Shown here piece after piece: positions 1-10,167 of a stretch of 64,000 nt of DNA. The stretch comes from a virus (Duplodnaviria; Caudoviricetes). The notes under the pieces are model-generated. The model had not been told where the DNA came from, made no database searches, and was given only the letters and a program-made list of their open reading frames with translations. Every line of letters begins with the position of its first letter. The first letter of the stretch is position 1. Position numbers and translations under genes: made by a program. The stretch lies in the IMG/VR virus record IMGVR_UViG_3300042542_006078. One strand, 5' to 3'.

Positions 1-142
1 GCAATATAAAAATGGGCCAGAAAAAATTACAATTAGAAAAATCAAGGCAACCAATAATGCCAAACTTGCCATAAATACTCCAAAAAATTAATTTCTTGCC
101 ACTCTATTTATGTGGCAAAAAATATTTTAGTTTGGGTAAAAC

Positions 143-721
143 ATGACACCAAAATTCACATCAGATTGGTTTTCTCATCATATTTCAGATTGGGAAATGT
201 GGCTTCGTGATTTCAAGAATTTACCTCATTTAGATTTTTTAGAAATTGGCAGTTACGAAGGAAGGTCGGCAGTTTGGCTACTGGACAATATAATTCAAAA
301 TGAAACATGTAAAATAACATGCATTGATCAATTCGTTGATGACGATTATGAAAAAATTAACAATAAACCACTTAGAAAACAGTTTATGGAAAATTTAGGG
401 CCATATATTGAAAAAGGTAAGATTACAATTTTTCAAAATCAAAGTTTTGATGCTCTCTCGGAACTCATAAGATCAGGAAAGCAATATGATTTCATCTACA
501 TTGATGGATGTCATATGGCCAAATCTGTAATGGAAGATGCCATCTTATCTTTCAAACTTCTTAAAAAAAATGGAATTATGATCTTTGATGATAATAATTG
601 GAATGTAAAACAAAATATACATGAATGTCCAAGATTAGCAATAAACTCTTTCATGAGTGTTTATTCTTGGTACACTAAAATAATTTACTGTGGCGATCAA
701 TTAGTAGTAAGAAAAATATGA
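143..721 (+). CDS. Class I SAM-dependent methyltransferase (Methyltransf_24-like)
   Basis: Motifs FLEIGSYEGRSA (motif I), YDFIYIDGCH, GIMIFDD. Confidence 0.85.
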   Translation: MTPKFTSDWFSHHISDWEMWLRDFKNLPHLDFLEIGSYEGRSAVWLLDNIIQNETCKITCIDQFVDDDYEKINNKPLRKQFMENLGPYIEKGKITIFQNQSFDALSELIRSGKQYDFIYIDGCHMAKSVMEDAILSFKLLKKNGIMIFDDNNWNVKQNIHECPRLAINSFMSVYSWYTKIIYCGDQLVVRKI

Positions 722-1428
722 TTAGTTTAATTGTACCTGTAATGAATAGAACAGATAGGATTGTTCCCTGTCTTTCAACTTGGATTGAACAAGAAGAAAT
801 AGACGAAGTATTAATCGTTGACTGGTCGTCAACACATCCAATCAACCAAGATCAATCTGTAAAAGAAATTACAGATCACCCTAAGACCAAGATTGTTCGT
901 GTCGATGATGAAGAATATTTTATCTCAATGAGCTTTTCTCTCAATGTTGGGTTAGAAAATGCCACTCATGACCATGTCTTAAAATGCGATATTGACTATA
1001 AATTGACAAACCCAGAAATTCTTAAAATATTCAAAAGAGAACAAAATAAAAACCAATTTTATTGCGGAACCGTTCCAAAAAAGTGGGACTTTCATGGTTT
1101 TTCTTTTTTCAATAAACAACACGCTTTGAATATTGAAGGATATAATGAAAAAATCCGTGGATGGGGATGGGACGATGAAGACTTCTATAGAAGAATGGAA
1201 AAACAAGGACTAGAAAGAATAGTCATCATGAATATTGAAGAATTTCTTTACCATATTCCACATGATGATTCGCTTAGAACAGCCAATTATCCCCAAGATC
1301 AACAAAATAAAAATCAAACAAATAGGCAAAATTCACTTATATCCCAAGAATTTAGTTGTGGCTGTCTATCAACATACCAAATACTTATTGACACACCAAA
1401 ATACAAGGAAATTATCAGAAAAAAATGA
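718..1428 (+). CDS. Glycosyltransferase (GT-A fold; GT2/GT7-like)
   Basis: LIVPVMNR start, VLIVDW, CDID (DxD), GYNE..RGWGWDDEDF. Confidence 0.85.
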   Translation: MISLIVPVMNRTDRIVPCLSTWIEQEEIDEVLIVDWSSTHPINQDQSVKEITDHPKTKIVRVDDEEYFISMSFSLNVGLENATHDHVLKCDIDYKLTNPEILKIFKREQNKNQFYCGTVPKKWDFHGFSFFNKQHALNIEGYNEKIRGWGWDDEDFYRRMEKQGLERIVIMNIEEFLYHIPHDDSLRTANYPQDQQNKNQTNRQNSLISQEFSCGCLSTYQILIDTPKYKEIIRKK

Positions 1429-2279
1429 AACCCCTTCTCGTTACAGTAACTGGACACAGAACCAATACTCTCAAACATCAACTCATGCACTACAAGAATG
1501 AAATCAAAGATGCATTCATTGTCGCATATGAACATGAAAATTCTGACAAATCAACAAAAGAAGAAGTAGAAGAAATAGCAAAAGAACAAGGATTCAAAAT
1601 CCACACAGTCAGAACTCATAGACCATTCGACTGGGAACAAGTTACAAATATATACAATGAAATAAAAGATAAGTATCCAGATGATTGGTGGATAATATCT
1701 GATGATGATGAGCTTCAAATTTATTGGGAGCCTATAGAAGATCTTATCCAAGACTGTGAAAAACATGGATGGGAATATGTATCAGGAGGATTCGTTGATA
1801 GAATCGGCCTAGAAGGCACTTTTCCTGAAATCAATCCTGAATCAAACCTTTGGGAAACATTCCCAGTAGCAGCCTTTTTTCGCTATCCATTAAGCAAAGC
1901 ATGTCCCAACAAGACCTGCTTGGCAAAAGGCAGAATAAAAGTGTCTAACGGCCAACATTACATCAAGGAAGGCCAAAATGTAGTATGGGGAGCTAAAGGA
2001 TGGCTTCACCCGAAAAGATACCCTGTCAATCGAAATTTCGTCCAAGTTCACCACTTCAAGTGGGACGACACAGTATTTCAAAGACTTCTCGATGTTGCCA
2101 ATGTCAAACAAAAATATGCATACTCAGAAGAATATCAACTGATGTATGATTCTATCAAGAACAACAACTTTAGGATCGATATAAATAATTCTAATTTCTT
2201 TGCTATGAACATTCCTGAGAAAAATTATCAAGCATACACGCATTGGGGAAGGCTGAAAAACCTCATTTTACATATTTGA
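1425..2279 (+). CDS. Glycosyltransferase family 2-like protein
   Basis: WWIISDDDE DxD motif, VHHFKW; overlaps the stop of the upstream GT (ATGA). Confidence 0.65.
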   Translation: MKPLLVTVTGHRTNTLKHQLMHYKNEIKDAFIVAYEHENSDKSTKEEVEEIAKEQGFKIHTVRTHRPFDWEQVTNIYNEIKDKYPDDWWIISDDDELQIYWEPIEDLIQDCEKHGWEYVSGGFVDRIGLEGTFPEINPESNLWETFPVAAFFRYPLSKACPNKTCLAKGRIKVSNGQHYIKEGQNVVWGAKGWLHPKRYPVNRNFVQVHHFKWDDTVFQRLLDVANVKQKYAYSEEYQLMYDSIKNNNFRIDINNSNFFAMNIPEKNYQAYTHWGRLKNLILHI

Positions 2280-2333
2280 CAAACAGAAGTATGTCGTGAA
2301 AGAGTCAATTCAACAAACCAAGAGTAATTAAAA

Positions 2334-2702
2334 ATGGTTTACCCATCAATCGGAATCGACATCGACGGCTGCATCACCGATTTCCCAATCTTCTTCCAAG
2401 TTTTGTCAAGTTCTTGGCCGGGCAAGGTATTTATCATTACGATGAGATTCAGAAAAGATGATACAGAATTATTCCTCAAAAATAAAAATATACGATTCGA
2501 CCAAATACACATGGTCAATTCATTTGCTGAAAAAGGCAATATTATCAGAAACTATGGAATATCAGCTTTCTTTGATGATCAGCCAGAAATCCTAAAGTCA
2601 ATTACTCCAAACTGTGCATGCTTCCTCGTCAGAAACGAAGGGAACTTTGACTTTGAAAGAAATAAATTCACCATGTCTAGCAACACAGCAGATGTGATCT
2701 AA
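2334..2702 (+). CDS. HAD-superfamily hydrolase (small phosphatase/nucleotidase-like)
   Basis: IGIDIDGCI motif I, ITMR motif II, FFDD motif IV. Confidence 0.7.
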   Translation: MVYPSIGIDIDGCITDFPIFFQVLSSSWPGKVFIITMRFRKDDTELFLKNKNIRFDQIHMVNSFAEKGNIIRNYGISAFFDDQPEILKSITPNCACFLVRNEGNFDFERNKFTMSSNTADVI

Positions 2703-2772
2703 ATTATTTTCCAGCAAATCAAATTTTACAAACCCGTCCTTGTTTGAAGGACGGAAGGAGAGAAAGCACACC

Positions 2773-3825
2773 ATGAAGAGTATTTTTGTCAAATGGCTTG
2801 AAATTTATAGTCGAGACGAAAAAAAGTTTAACTTATTGGCCAAAAAAATTATTGGTCAAGATGCACCGCCAATTCAAGCATATGGTTGGGTTTACACAGA
2901 CCCAGAAAAAGACTCAAAAACACATATAATTGGTTACATGAACAAAAGGTCAAGCAACAAAGCTATGACCGGAAATATAAGTTTTATGGCAGCATGCCGA
3001 GCCCTTTTGGAAATATCTGGCAATCGTGATGCACAAGCCGAAATCAGGAATATCGTATACCTTCATGAATTACGCAAATTTGGCTTTCATGAATTGAATC
3101 TAAGCATCGATCAGGCTGTTGGTCTTATCAATACAGATGTCAATCTAGATGTAGATGAATTCACATCCATGTTTCCTCTCATGGTTGTCAATTTCCCAGA
3201 TGAACTTAGGCAAGTTTATTTGGAAAAAAATCAATTTTTTCCAAGCATCGCATTTGTTCGACATGAACCACAACAGGGAATGCTCCTCATAGAATTTATC
3301 CACCATTTTCAAGATTGGGACAATGTATCAAACGGTTGCCTTACCTTTTTCAGCAAGAAAAACAATAACATTTTTGATACAATTCAGGAAAAACTGAATT
3401 GGGATGAGACAAAATCCGTCATGAGGCCAGAAAGTATAGATGCTGCAAAACTTGCCATCAACAGCATTCTTCTCGCCCAAAGAACCAATAACATGGTCAG
3501 AATCGATAAAAATCAAAACGATCCAATACAACAACAATTCAAACGCACCATGAGGGGAACTGGAAACCTTGGTAAAATTACAGAAGCAACATTTTGGTCA
3601 TTCCAGCCAAACCTAAAGACTTTCAACTCCCAGCAAGAATCTAGGTCTGGAGAAGAAAAGGGCAAAATTGTTCGTCCACACTGGAGGAGAGGACATTGGA
3701 GAAGAGTTGCACATGGAGAGAAAAGAATCGAAAGAAAATGGATGCACTTTCCAGCAGTTTTTGTAAACGCAGAAAGATTCGATGGGAAAATGAATCAGAC
3801 TTTCACATCACATAATCTAAATTGA
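2773..3825 (+). CDS. Hypothetical protein with C-terminal PHWRRGHWR motif
   Basis: Long ORF; the RPHWRRGHWRRV motif is typical of uncharacterised phage proteins; start moved to ATG 2773. Confidence 0.6.
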   Translation: MKSIFVKWLEIYSRDEKKFNLLAKKIIGQDAPPIQAYGWVYTDPEKDSKTHIIGYMNKRSSNKAMTGNISFMAACRALLEISGNRDAQAEIRNIVYLHELRKFGFHELNLSIDQAVGLINTDVNLDVDEFTSMFPLMVVNFPDELRQVYLEKNQFFPSIAFVRHEPQQGMLLIEFIHHFQDWDNVSNGCLTFFSKKNNNIFDTIQEKLNWDETKSVMRPESIDAAKLAINSILLAQRTNNMVRIDKNQNDPIQQQFKRTMRGTGNLGKITEATFWSFQPNLKTFNSQQESRSGEEKGKIVRPHWRRGHWRRVAHGEKRIERKWMHFPAVFVNAERFDGKMNQTFTSHNLN

Positions 3826-3828
3826 CAA

Positions 3829-4623
3829 TCAAACGCTCTTCCATCTTGGAAGTCCAATCTTTGCACGATTTTTTTGAATCTGAGCCAGAGCGGACAAAGG
3901 ATCAAATCCCTTTGGCTCATTAGGTCCAAGGTCTGGTATTACAACCCGTCCTTTGTACATTCCTATATTTGTCGGACCTGCATCATCATGCTTGAAACCA
4001 GTAGCCCCGTACAACATTGACAAAGTATCCATCATGACAAGCATGTGTGGAAGCAAATCATCATTTCCACCATTATCACGCAAAGTTTTCAAACACAAAT
4101 CTTCCCTCTCTTTTTCCGATGAAGGAAATCCGTCCATTTCAGGATTTTCATCTATAAGAACAGTCATGAAATCTGCTGCTTTACGCATTTCTTGTGGAAC
4201 ACCAATTGTATCAACCCAATGCTGTAAAATAGCGTAAATGTTGTCTCCAAGATATTTGACAGCAACAATTGGCGCTGGGACATCATCCCTTCCAGCAACC
4301 ATTGTCGCCACATTCGCCTCAACCCTATTGGCAGACATCTTGACAACATGGTCAATTAGAAAATAACAACGACCTGCACCACCATCAGCATATGAAGGAG
4401 GAATTTCATCCGGCAATTCAACATTTAGACTTTTAAGCCAAGGAATTAAAGGGGAATTAGGATCAGTCCAATACTTCAAAGTCTCATCATGAGCTTTTCC
4501 CTCAGTTTTCATCTTGGACTTGCTAAACTTTGGAATGACAAATAAATTGCTCATCAACTTGGACAATTTTCCAACCTTGTCCTTCATCTCGCTTTTTGCA
4601 ACGAATTCTCTGAATGTAGTCAT
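3829..4623 (-). CDS. Protein kinase-like protein with capsid-targeting-like N-terminus
   Basis: GGAGRCY glycine loop, VVK, HDDAGPTN (HxDxxxxN), DLG; start MTTFREFVAKSE preceded by TAAATA 5 nt upstream. Confidence 0.7.
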   Translation of the reverse strand: MTTFREFVAKSEMKDKVGKLSKLMSNLFVIPKFSKSKMKTEGKAHDETLKYWTDPNSPLIPWLKSLNVELPDEIPPSYADGGAGRCYFLIDHVVKMSANRVEANVATMVAGRDDVPAPIVAVKYLGDNIYAILQHWVDTIGVPQEMRKAADFMTVLIDENPEMDGFPSSEKEREDLCLKTLRDNGGNDDLLPHMLVMMDTLSMLYGATGFKHDDAGPTNIGMYKGRVVIPDLGPNEPKGFDPLSALAQIQKNRAKIGLPRWKSV

Positions 4624-4701
4624 AATTTTATTTACTAAATAATAACCAATTTCTTCACATAAAACCTTATATAATACAATCATATTCATCAAGGATTATT
4701 C

Positions 4702-5334
4702 ATGTCGCAAGAAAGTCTTCATTATATTCAGTATCTTTCAGGAATTATTTCTGAAGAAAAATTCTACGAAATTGAAGAACAATTTAATGAAGGATTGGCC
4801 AGAAATCTTTTGGGGGCAGGCGCTCTTGCAATGGGAAGTCTTTTCGGAGGCGAAGCTTCAGCCCAAAGCGGAAGAGATCAAATTGATGCCATAAAGAACA
4901 AAATCTCTGATCATGAAGCGACTGAAAATGCAATAGAACTATTAAAGGATGGAAAATTAGATTTTCTTTTAATTAAAACTAATTTGACAGATAAAGAAAA
5001 TAATTTTATCAATAAGATTGAGTATATCGTAAAAAAAAATCCACATGTTGCATTAGACATATTAAAAGAAAAACAGAAACAATTTTATTTGCAGTCTACA
5101 CAAAAGGAAATAGATCAAGGTGGACTTGATCTAAATGATCCTGTTGTCAAATTGATATTTAAGCTATTTCCACAGTTCAAAAAAGCTATGGAAAAAGGTG
5201 GAAAAAATTGGGTTGAACTTGAAGGTCCAAGCACTTTATATGATCTTCAAAAGGAAAAAGACATAAAATGGAAGCAAGAAGATTTAGGTAAACTTTTAAG
5301 AAAATCAATAGAAGGCAATTTGCCTAATCGTTAA
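4702..5334 (+). CDS. Hypothetical protein, paralog A (shared 55-aa N-terminus with 5406..6014)
   Basis: MSQESLHYIQYLSGIISEE...FNEGLARNLLGAGALAMGSLFGGEASAQ, then a unique domain. Confidence 0.75.
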   Translation: MSQESLHYIQYLSGIISEEKFYEIEEQFNEGLARNLLGAGALAMGSLFGGEASAQSGRDQIDAIKNKISDHEATENAIELLKDGKLDFLLIKTNLTDKENNFINKIEYIVKKNPHVALDILKEKQKQFYLQSTQKEIDQGGLDLNDPVVKLIFKLFPQFKKAMEKGGKNWVELEGPSTLYDLQKEKDIKWKQEDLGKLLRKSIEGNLPNR

Positions 5335-5405
5335 AATTTTAATTTAGCACAATTAAAATTAAAAAAAAACCCTAAATATAACAAACCTATTTACGAGGGT
5401 AAAAA

Positions 5406-6014
5406 ATGTCACAAGAAAGCATGCATTATATTCAGTATCTTTCAGGAATTATTTCTGAAGAAAGATTCTATGAAATTGAAGAACAATTTAATGAAGGATT
5501 GGCCAGAAATCTTATGGGAGCAGGCGCTCTTGCAATGGGAAGTCTTTTCGGAGGACCATCTGCTTCAGCCCAAACACCACCTCCAGCAGCAATAACGAAG
5601 AGTGTCGATGAATTCGGTGTTGATGATGATGAAACCGTTCATCATGATGCAAAACAATACACAAAAGAACTAGTTGCCAAATTAAGGATTCACAGAAATG
5701 GTTTTGAAGACAAATATGGCAGAGAAGGAGCGGATTTAGGAAGAATGACAATCAATAAAATTATCAAAGCTGAATCTTCACCAAATGGAAAAAAAGTTAT
5801 TGTGACTATTTCTGGAATGGCAAGAGGTACTAAAGGATCATTACCCGGAAAATCAGAAGAAGCGATTAAGTCTTTAATGGGTCAAGCAGGATCTGTGAGA
5901 GTTTTTGGAGTAGAAAATAGCGGCAAATGGATGGGAGAAGTTCCTGAAGACATCGTCTCTCCCGGTTCTAAATTATACCCATTTACTGCCCAAGTTGTAA
6001 TCACGGGCAAATGA
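5406..6014 (+). CDS. Hypothetical protein, paralog B
   Basis: Near-identical first ~160 nt to 4702..5334, unrelated C-terminus. Confidence 0.75.
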   Translation: MSQESMHYIQYLSGIISEERFYEIEEQFNEGLARNLMGAGALAMGSLFGGPSASAQTPPPAAITKSVDEFGVDDDETVHHDAKQYTKELVAKLRIHRNGFEDKYGREGADLGRMTINKIIKAESSPNGKKVIVTISGMARGTKGSLPGKSEEAIKSLMGQAGSVRVFGVENSGKWMGEVPEDIVSPGSKLYPFTAQVVITGK

Positions 6015-6136
6015 AAAAATTAATTTATATTTGAAATTCAAAAGCCAGTTGTTATGACAACTGGCTTTAATCATTTAATGGCTGGTGAAAAATATAGACG
6101 AAAATTATAATATAATCAATAATAGATATTTTAATT

Positions 6137-7258
6137 ATGCAAAATATACCTCTATTCAAAGTTTTTATAGAAGAAAATTGCCATAAAGAAATATCTAAAA
6201 CAATACAATCTGGATTCATTGGTCAAGGACAAAAGGTAGAAGATTTTGAAGTCGAATTGCAGAATCTCCTTAAATCTCCTTTCATAAATACAACGAATTC
6301 AGCAACATCCGCAATTCATTTAGCTCTCCATCTAATAAAAGAATTTTCAACTAAAACAAGAAATCAAGTCATCACAACACCATTGACATGCACAGCCACA
6401 AACATACCAATTCTTCACTACGAAATGAATCCAGTTTGGGCAGACATTAACCCAATGAACTGCAATATAGACATTGATGATGTTCATAAGAAAATAGACA
6501 AAAACACATTAGCAGTCATGGTTGTTCATTGGGCAGGTTATCCAGTCGATATGGATAAAATTAACGACATACTTGATCATCACCAAAGCAAAAACAAATT
6601 CAGACCATTCCTAATAGAAGACTGCTCCCACGCCATCGCAACAAGATCACATTATCCAACTGATAATAACTTCGCTGTATACAGTTTTGGACCAATCAAA
6701 CACCTCACAACAGGAGATGGAGGATGCCTAGTTTCTCCAAACGAATACTTCCACAAAAAAGCCAAATTACTTAGATGGTACGGACTTGACAGAACATCTA
6801 AAAAAGACTTCAGATGCGAACAAAATATCGAGGAACCCGGATACAAATTCCACATGAATGACATCAATGCAACAATAGGACTTCAAAACATTAAAAAAAT
6901 TCACGATATCGTCAACAAACATAGAAAAAATGCTGATTATCTCAGGAACAAAATAACCCAAGTGACACACCTTGAACACGAAAAACAATCATCAGACTGG
7001 ATTCTCACAGTCCATGTGAAAAATAGAGATCAATTCGTTAATCACATGTCTGAAAATGGAATCCAAACAAGCAGAGTCCATGATAGAAATGATAAACATA
7101 CAATTTTCAACAAATATAAAACAGAATTACCTAAAACAACACAAACTTGTGATACAATGATTTGCATACCTTGCGGATGGTGGCTCAATCAAGAAAACCT
7201 CGAACACATTGTCAACAAGGCAAATGAAGGAGATTGGAAATGTTCTCTTACGAATTGA
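6137..7258 (+). CDS. DegT/DnrJ/EryC1/StrS PLP-dependent sugar aminotransferase
   Basis: TTNSATSAIHLAL, VVHWAGYP, IEDCSHA, SFGPIKHLTTGDGG (catalytic Lys), GYKFHMNDINATIG. Confidence 0.92.
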   Translation: MQNIPLFKVFIEENCHKEISKTIQSGFIGQGQKVEDFEVELQNLLKSPFINTTNSATSAIHLALHLIKEFSTKTRNQVITTPLTCTATNIPILHYEMNPVWADINPMNCNIDIDDVHKKIDKNTLAVMVVHWAGYPVDMDKINDILDHHQSKNKFRPFLIEDCSHAIATRSHYPTDNNFAVYSFGPIKHLTTGDGGCLVSPNEYFHKKAKLLRWYGLDRTSKKDFRCEQNIEEPGYKFHMNDINATIGLQNIKKIHDIVNKHRKNADYLRNKITQVTHLEHEKQSSDWILTVHVKNRDQFVNHMSENGIQTSRVHDRNDKHTIFNKYKTELPKTTQTCDTMICIPCGWWLNQENLEHIVNKANEGDWKCSLTN

Positions 7259-7743
7259 ATCTAAGGAAATTAGATCAAAAAGATTTGAATTTTTTACTCA
7301 AACTCAAAATGTCATCTCAAGAATATCATCACAGAACAGCAATAATAAACGAGACAGATCAAAATTTATGGTTCAATTCAATTCATCTTGATTCACATCA
7401 TCCAAAAAGTGTTTACCTTGTGGGTTATTCAGAAGATGAAATGGATGTTGGTGTATTCGGACTCGCAAACATCAATTACATAAACGGCACAGCAGAAATA
7501 CTATGTGACATAATTCCAGAACTAAGAAATCAAGGATATGGAGGAAAACTACTCAGATCTGGAATCAAATTTTCAAAATCAATACTTAATCTTAGAAAAC
7601 TTGGATGCGAAGTACTCGAAAATAACAACCCTTGTATGAAAATGCTTACCAAAAATGGTTTCTCCCAAGAGGGAATCAAAGTTAAACAAGTTTTCAAAAA
7701 TGGAGATTATCTAGACAGCGTTATATTTGGACTAATGCTGTAA
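7234..7743 (+). CDS. GNAT N-acetyltransferase (RimJ/RimL/PseH-like)
   Basis: RNQGYG acetyl-CoA loop, LRKLGCEV, N...KMLTKNGF.QEG; overlaps the aminotransferase. Confidence 0.8.
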   Translation: MEMFSYELNLRKLDQKDLNFLLKLKMSSQEYHHRTAIINETDQNLWFNSIHLDSHHPKSVYLVGYSEDEMDVGVFGLANINYINGTAEILCDIIPELRNQGYGGKLLRSGIKFSKSILNLRKLGCEVLENNNPCMKMLTKNGFSQEGIKVKQVFKNGDYLDSVIFGLML

Positions 7744-7755
7744 ATTTTTTCAAAT

Positions 7756-10065
7756 TTAATTTCTAGCCCATCTATCCGACTTTCCACTATAATAATCTAT
7801 TTTGCCCTTTCTTCTTGAACCAAAATTAAACTTCCCAGCAATATCCTCAACATCTCTTCCCTTTTCAACCCTTATCTTTAGATTGACTATATCTTTTTTA
7901 AGATCGCTAATCATGTTCGACAATATTGGCAATTTTTCCAAGAAATTTTCTTTCTCTTTTTCGCTAAGATTTTTTTCTTTACTTAGAACATTATAAACAT
8001 TTTTTAATTTGATCAATTCATTTACAATATTTTTCACCTTATCAGATAAAACATTGACTCCCAACTCTCCTGATCTGTTGAAATTATCACGCATCTTTTC
8101 AATCAACTTTTCAAGCAAATCAAAATTTTTAATCTCTGACCTAGCAAAAGAAGTATGTGTTATGACATCAGACAAAATCATATTATAATCAGCACCAGCA
8201 TCGAGAAGCTTTTCAATATATTTAATTTTTAAGGAATGACTTAAACCATTAGTGCTTAAAATACTTTCTCCCATTTCGCTCAAATGAATGCCACTCATAA
8301 GAGAATGACGAGAATCAGTATCATTCTTATCAGATTCAATTTGTTTTATCTCATGATCTAAAATATGATCGGCAATTTCCTCTTTACCCATATGCAAAGA
8401 TTTTACCAATAAATTTATATTATTGGTACGAGCATTTTGCCAATTTTCATTATTTGAATAATCTTTGTCGTAATAATCTTCTCCAGAAAAATCAAATTCC
8501 CTGTCTTTCATTCCTTTAGGACGACCATACTTGCCTCCAGAATCGAAATGCTTCTTGAAGCTATCATCATCGCCTTTATCCAAACTTATGACCATTTTGG
8601 CGTGAGGATGTAATTTTTCTATATCTGAATTTTCCAAAGATGATAATTCATTTCCGGCAATATCAATACCAGCATGACTGTTTTGAATTATAACTGACTT
8701 ATAAAGATTAAAATCTTTTTCTCTCAAAATTTCTCTTTCATCTACACACAAAGGAACAATATAACCTTTGCGACCAAGAGTAGCATTGATTTTTTTAGAC
8801 ATTCTTTTCCATAATTCATCAACCAATTCTTTATCCCCATTGTCAAGCAAAGTCCTCATTAAAAAGCCTTCTCCAATTTTTCCATAAACTCCCATTTGAG
8901 TAATATTATCGGCAAATTTAGAAATAACTTTTTTTCTCTCATCCCTCATGTTCTTGCTAATGAATTCAAATTCTTCTTCATTTATCGGGTAGGCATGAAC
9001 ATTGGCATCCACAGAAATTAAACGAAAATGCATATACTTTTTGCCCAAATCCTTGTCAGACAAAATATAATTTAACTGAGAACCAGTCATATTCAAGCCA
9101 GTAGAAACATATTGTTCCAACAAATCCCTTAACTTGTGCTTAACCAAGAAATCAAACTGCTCATCACTTAACTTGTGGCCACGACCTATGTAAGAACTCT
9201 TTTGAGCAGGATTTAATCTTATAAACCAATCATAAGAAAGATTCTCATTTCCCAAAAGTTCATTTTCTTGCTTCTCTAAATCATTGTGAGGATTGTTCTT
9301 GAATATCGAAGTGTCAATTCCTTTGCTTCTCAGATAAATAAAGTATTTTGTGTGATCCACATCTCTTAAATCGGAATTTTCAGGATTTTGACAACTTCCT
9401 GTCCTGTTAATCCTATCAGTCAATAAAATCTTGCCATAACTACCAACATCAACTACCACAATATCCAAATTATCATTCCTATTGGAATCAAAAACGAAAT
9501 AAAATGTCGCAGCATGAGAATCACGATATGACTTAAACATTTTGTTTCCCGGCTGAGAAATACAAAATGTCGTTCCACGACCCAATATTATCGCATCAGC
9601 AACATTTTCAGCCTTGAAAACTTTAATACTATTATCACTATTCGCAAAAACAGGACGCAAACGGGAAATATCCTCGTCACTAGGACGATAACGGGAAGCA
9701 GATCTGCTCCTCTCCTCTTCCTCCATTCCATGCATCGCTGCTGTCCATTCCAAATAATTGGAATATTGCCTAAACTGAGTATTCAAATTTCCACTATCAT
9801 CAAATGTAAACAACTTCATCTTGTTCCTGCCAACAAGACGATGATAAACATCAATGTCATTGCCCAATGTTCTTAAATCAGGCTGACTTTTACTAAAATA
9901 AGCAGCAACCAACAAATACTTGTTCTTCTCTTCAGGTTTGATCCCATCTGGCAATATCTCACCTAACTTAATCAAAAAATTAGTATCACCACCAACCAAA
10001 TTCAACGCAATCTCAGAAGGCTTCTTAGCCTCATTAAAATAAAACCATTCACTAAAGTTTAACAT
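7756..10065 (-). CDS. Large hypothetical protein, paralog of 10168..11835
   Basis: MLNFSEWFYFNE start; shares FCISQPGN..YR..TFYFV.D..IVVVD and YIGRGH.L...QFDFL blocks with its neighbour. Confidence 0.75.
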   Translation of the reverse strand: MLNFSEWFYFNEAKKPSEIALNLVGGDTNFLIKLGEILPDGIKPEEKNKYLLVAAYFSKSQPDLRTLGNDIDVYHRLVGRNKMKLFTFDDSGNLNTQFRQYSNYLEWTAAMHGMEEEERSRSASRYRPSDEDISRLRPVFANSDNSIKVFKAENVADAIILGRGTTFCISQPGNKMFKSYRDSHAATFYFVFDSNRNDNLDIVVVDVGSYGKILLTDRINRTGSCQNPENSDLRDVDHTKYFIYLRSKGIDTSIFKNNPHNDLEKQENELLGNENLSYDWFIRLNPAQKSSYIGRGHKLSDEQFDFLVKHKLRDLLEQYVSTGLNMTGSQLNYILSDKDLGKKYMHFRLISVDANVHAYPINEEEFEFISKNMRDERKKVISKFADNITQMGVYGKIGEGFLMRTLLDNGDKELVDELWKRMSKKINATLGRKGYIVPLCVDEREILREKDFNLYKSVIIQNSHAGIDIAGNELSSLENSDIEKLHPHAKMVISLDKGDDDSFKKHFDSGGKYGRPKGMKDREFDFSGEDYYDKDYSNNENWQNARTNNINLLVKSLHMGKEEIADHILDHEIKQIESDKNDTDSRHSLMSGIHLSEMGESILSTNGLSHSLKIKYIEKLLDAGADYNMILSDVITHTSFARSEIKNFDLLEKLIEKMRDNFNRSGELGVNVLSDKVKNIVNELIKLKNVYNVLSKEKNLSEKEKENFLEKLPILSNMISDLKKDIVNLKIRVEKGRDVEDIAGKFNFGSRRKGKIDYYSGKSDRWARN

Positions 10066-10167
10066 GAATTATTTAGAGAATATCAACGAAATTTATTCTC
10101 TTTCCTTGACTATTTCAAATAGTCAACAACATCATCACCAATTTGTGCTTATTCATAAAATACATCT

